Under the pieces are notes generated by a model that saw nothing but the letters and a program-made list of their open reading frames with translations, was not told the origin of the DNA and did no database searches. The translations under genes were made by a program, and so were the position numbers. From positions 4,643 to 68,642 of IMG/VR virus record IMGVR_UViG_3300046475_000322: DNA of 64,000 nucleotides, one strand, 5' to 3'. The stretch comes from a virus (taxonomy: Duplodnaviria; Caudoviricetes). Positions 62,121 through 64,000 of the stretch are shown here, piece by piece; positions within the stretch are counted from its first letter, which is position 1, and each line of letters begins with the position of its first letter.

Positions 62121-62321
62121 TCAGGCGGCGGCGCGGATGAGTCGGAGGTGCCGGCGTCGGGCGGAGAGGCTGGTGTCGTCGGTCCAGTGCCAGCCGTCGA
62201 TGGCGGTGAGGAGGTCGGCCCGGTGCTGCGCCTGCTGGGCGGGGGTCCAGGGCGACCGCTGCGGGGCGGGGTCGGGGCGGACGGGGATCTCTTCCTGGAG
62301 GAGGCGCTCCAGCGGGGTCAC
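62121..62321 (-). CDS. Hypothetical protein (66 aa)
   Basis: GTG 62321 MTPLERLLQEEIP. Confidence 0.6.
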   Translation of the reverse strand: MTPLERLLQEEIPVRPDPAPQRSPWTPAQQAQHRADLLTAIDGWHWTDDTSLSARRRHLRLIRAAA

Positions 62322-62587
62322 AGCTGGTGCTCTTTGACGTGTGCGGCTTCCTCGGCGGCGTCGGCGTCGTGGCAGCGGACGCAGAGGCGGATGGGCGGCA
62401 GGCCTTCGATGCGGCGGGTGCACCAGTGGTCGCCCTGGTCCTCGATCTCGGCGATCAGTCGGGCAGCTTCGATGAGGCCGACGCGGCCGATGATGTCGAT
62501 GCAGTCGTGGTCGGGCTTGCGGGGGAAGAGGGGGCGGGTCTGCTTGCAGCGCTGGCACTTGCCTTCGGCGGGCGGGGTGGTGGTCAC
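62318..62587 (-). CDS. Zinc-binding hypothetical protein
   Basis: GTG 62587; CQRC...CVRC. Confidence 0.65.
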   Translation of the reverse strand: MTTTPPAEGKCQRCKQTRPLFPRKPDHDCIDIIGRVGLIEAARLIAEIEDQGDHWCTRRIEGLPPIRLCVRCHDADAAEEAAHVKEHQL

Positions 62588-62739
62588 GTCTCGTTCTCCT
62601 TGGCGGTGGTGGTCCATTCGGTGATGCGGGCGTCGTGCGACGGGATGGCGAGCTTTCGTCCGCGGGGTGAGGCGCAGCGGGTGCCGGGGCGGGCTCCGCA
62701 CCACGGGCAGCGGACGGCCCACTCCGGTGGGTTGGTCAC
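62584..62739 (-). CDS. Small zinc-finger protein (51 aa)
   Basis: Hand-translated AVRCPWCGARPGTRC...SHDAR; 4-nt overlaps both sides. Confidence 0.65.
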   Translation of the reverse strand: MTNPPEWAVRCPWCGARPGTRCASPRGRKLAIPSHDARITEWTTTAKENET

Positions 62740-63467
62740 TGCGCCTCGGTCTCGCGGAGTTGGCTCTGGAACTCCTCCATCTGGGCGCGTTCCTCGGGCG
62801 TGAGCTGGCCGAGGTAGGCGGCGGCGGCTTCCTTGCGGGCGGTGATCTGGTCGGTGTCTTCGCGGGGCAGGTCGTGGGCGTCGCGTGCTGCGCGGCGGCG
62901 TGCGGCGTGGGCGACAGTGCGCGGGCTGCCGTTGCTGCGGCAGTGGCGTCCGAGGGGCGCCAGGCAGGCAGGGCAGGCCACGGTGAGCGGGCCGACGCGT
63001 ACCGGTCGACGGGTGCCGGTGGTGTCGTCGCCGGGTACGTCGTGGCCGACGGCGCCGAGTTCACGCATCAGCCGTAGGTCGGGGGTGCCGGGGCCGAGGG
63101 CGCGGAGTCCGGTGTCGGGTCCGATGCGGCCGTCGGCGAGGGCGGCGGTGCGGGCGCGGAGCCGGTTGAGGTATTGCTGGGGGGTTTCGTCGGGGTCGCC
63201 GTCGTAGCGGAGGTTGGCGACGCGTTCGCGGCGGGCGCGCTTCGCGATGTCGATCAGGTCGACGGCGGTGACCCGGAAGCGGTCCTGCGGCTGACGGGCT
63301 GCCATCTCCTGGTAGAAGACCGTCAGCGCGGTCTCGGCGTCGGCGCGGGTGAGGCCGGCGGCGGACAGGTCGGCTTGCCAGGCGAGGATGTCGGCGCGTC
63401 CGACGGTCCGCTGGTCGCGGGCGGCGGCGAGGCCGAGGAGTGTTGAGGCGTCCTCGAAGGTGATCAC
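62736..63467 (-). CDS. Helicase-loader/inhibitor-like protein with C-terminal zinc finger
   Basis: GTG 63467; LLGLAAARDQR...AW; CPAC..PLGRHC...AHAAR; follows replication initiator. Confidence 0.6.
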   Translation of the reverse strand: MITFEDASTLLGLAAARDQRTVGRADILAWQADLSAAGLTRADAETALTVFYQEMAARQPQDRFRVTAVDLIDIAKRARRERVANLRYDGDPDETPQQYLNRLRARTAALADGRIGPDTGLRALGPGTPDLRLMRELGAVGHDVPGDDTTGTRRPVRVGPLTVACPACLAPLGRHCRSNGSPRTVAHAARRRAARDAHDLPREDTDQITARKEAAAAYLGQLTPEERAQMEEFQSQLRETEAQ

Positions 63468-64000
63468 TGGGCCTCCCGGTGTGCAGCGGCTTGAGCCGCG
63501 TCGTGTTCGGCTTGCATCTGGCGGCCGAGGTCGAGAGCGGCCTGGACGCGGGCGTCGGTGGTGGAGGGGCGCAGTTGGGGCTGGCCGAACGGGACGACGT
63601 TGCCGCCGTAGCGGTTCAGGTGGTCGTTGGCGCCGGCGATCCACTTCTGCCAGGCGGCGTACCAGTTCCGGCGGCGCGTGCTCTCGCCCTGGTGGTGCAG
63701 CCGGAACTTGGCCGTCTCGCTGTCGACGTCGACGCGCGGGTACGTGTTGCGGGCCCAGCTGCGCATGGTGTCGGTGAGCACGAAGCCATCGGGGAGTTCA
63801 GTGAGAGGGGGCCGGCCGTCGGAGTCTCCGGCGGGTGTGTTGCTGACGGTCCTGACCCCCCTCTGGTTCATAGGACGGTTAGTGGGTGGTTCAAAGGACG
63901 GTTTGGGTGACGTGGGCGTCACCCCGGTCGCGACGTGGGCGTCACCCCACTCGGACGTGGGCGTCACCCCGGAGGTGACGTCGGCGTCACCGGTGACGTG
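63464..64000 (-). CDS. Replication initiator (5' part beyond window)
   Basis: C-terminal LPDGF...WAR...ETAKFRLHH...WYAAWQKWI; iteron-containing linker. Confidence 0.75.
   Translation of the reverse strand, partial: HVTGDADVTSGVTPTSEWGDAHVATGVTPTSPKPSFEPPTNRPMNQRGVRTVSNTPAGDSDGRPPLTELPDGFVLTDTMRSWARNTYPRVDVDSETAKFRLHHQGESTRRRNWYAAWQKWIAGANDHLNRYGGNVVPFGQPQLRPSTTDARVQAALDLGRQMQAEHDAAQAAAHREAQ
63909..63991. repeat. Iteron-like 17-bp direct repeats (probable origin)
   Basis: gacgtgggcgtcacccc at 63909, 63932, 63954; variant at 63977; 22-23 bp period. Confidence 0.75.

Larger units (their letters stand above)
1..64000. mobile_element. Temperate actinophage (siphovirus) genome/prophage, probably Streptomyces-infecting
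   Basis: Complete terminase-portal-capsid-tail-lysis set, serine integrase, repressor/cro, RecE/RecT, WhiB; high GC; no host housekeeping genes. Confidence 0.95.

Noticed and set aside
63909-64000. CRISPR-like array
   Set aside because: Spacers of only 5-6 bp, in coding frame, no cas genes; better explained as iterons
1-64000. tRNA genes, reverse transcriptase/DGR, transposase, cas genes
   Set aside because: None recognised by eye; tRNAscan and HMM searches would be needed to exclude them formally

Overview
The whole 64 kb window is high-GC temperate siphovirus DNA, most likely from a Streptomyces-type host; no host housekeeping genes are visible. The minus strand carries most genes. From the right these are: replication initiator with iterons and a helicase-loader-like gene (~62.7-64 kb), many small early genes, a plasmid-spread-like membrane module (51-55.9 kb), homing endonucleases and lipoprotein morons, terminase/portal/capsid/tail (47-25.5 kb), then lysis genes plus an extra tail-fibre gene (18.9-15.2 kb). 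After a GntR/XRE/ATPase module come a large serine integrase and repressor on the plus strand (10.4-12.9 kb), then cro, RecE/RecT, RuvC, a C5 methylase and WhiB running off the left edge. The integrase is internal and the two ends look like they join, so this is probably a circular or permuted phage genome, or tandem prophages. The most striking feature is a 12-gene plus-strand operon (19.1-25.5 kb) inserted backwards between the tail and lysis genes. It encodes three glycosyltransferases, an RmlB-like dehydratase, a prolyl-hydroxylase-type 2OG-Fe(II) oxygenase and a SAM methyltransferase. It is preceded by the same 15-bp motif found upstream of the terminase, portal and lysis genes, which points to a late-expressed, probably virion-directed hydroxylation/glycosylation system. 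Other notable items are a nested alternate-frame gene with its own RBS inside the methylase and a TraB-less spread-like module containing TGTCCGG repeats. All functional calls rest on motif recognition by eye; no database searches were run. Several start codons were re-assigned from the ORF track using RBS and overlap logic.
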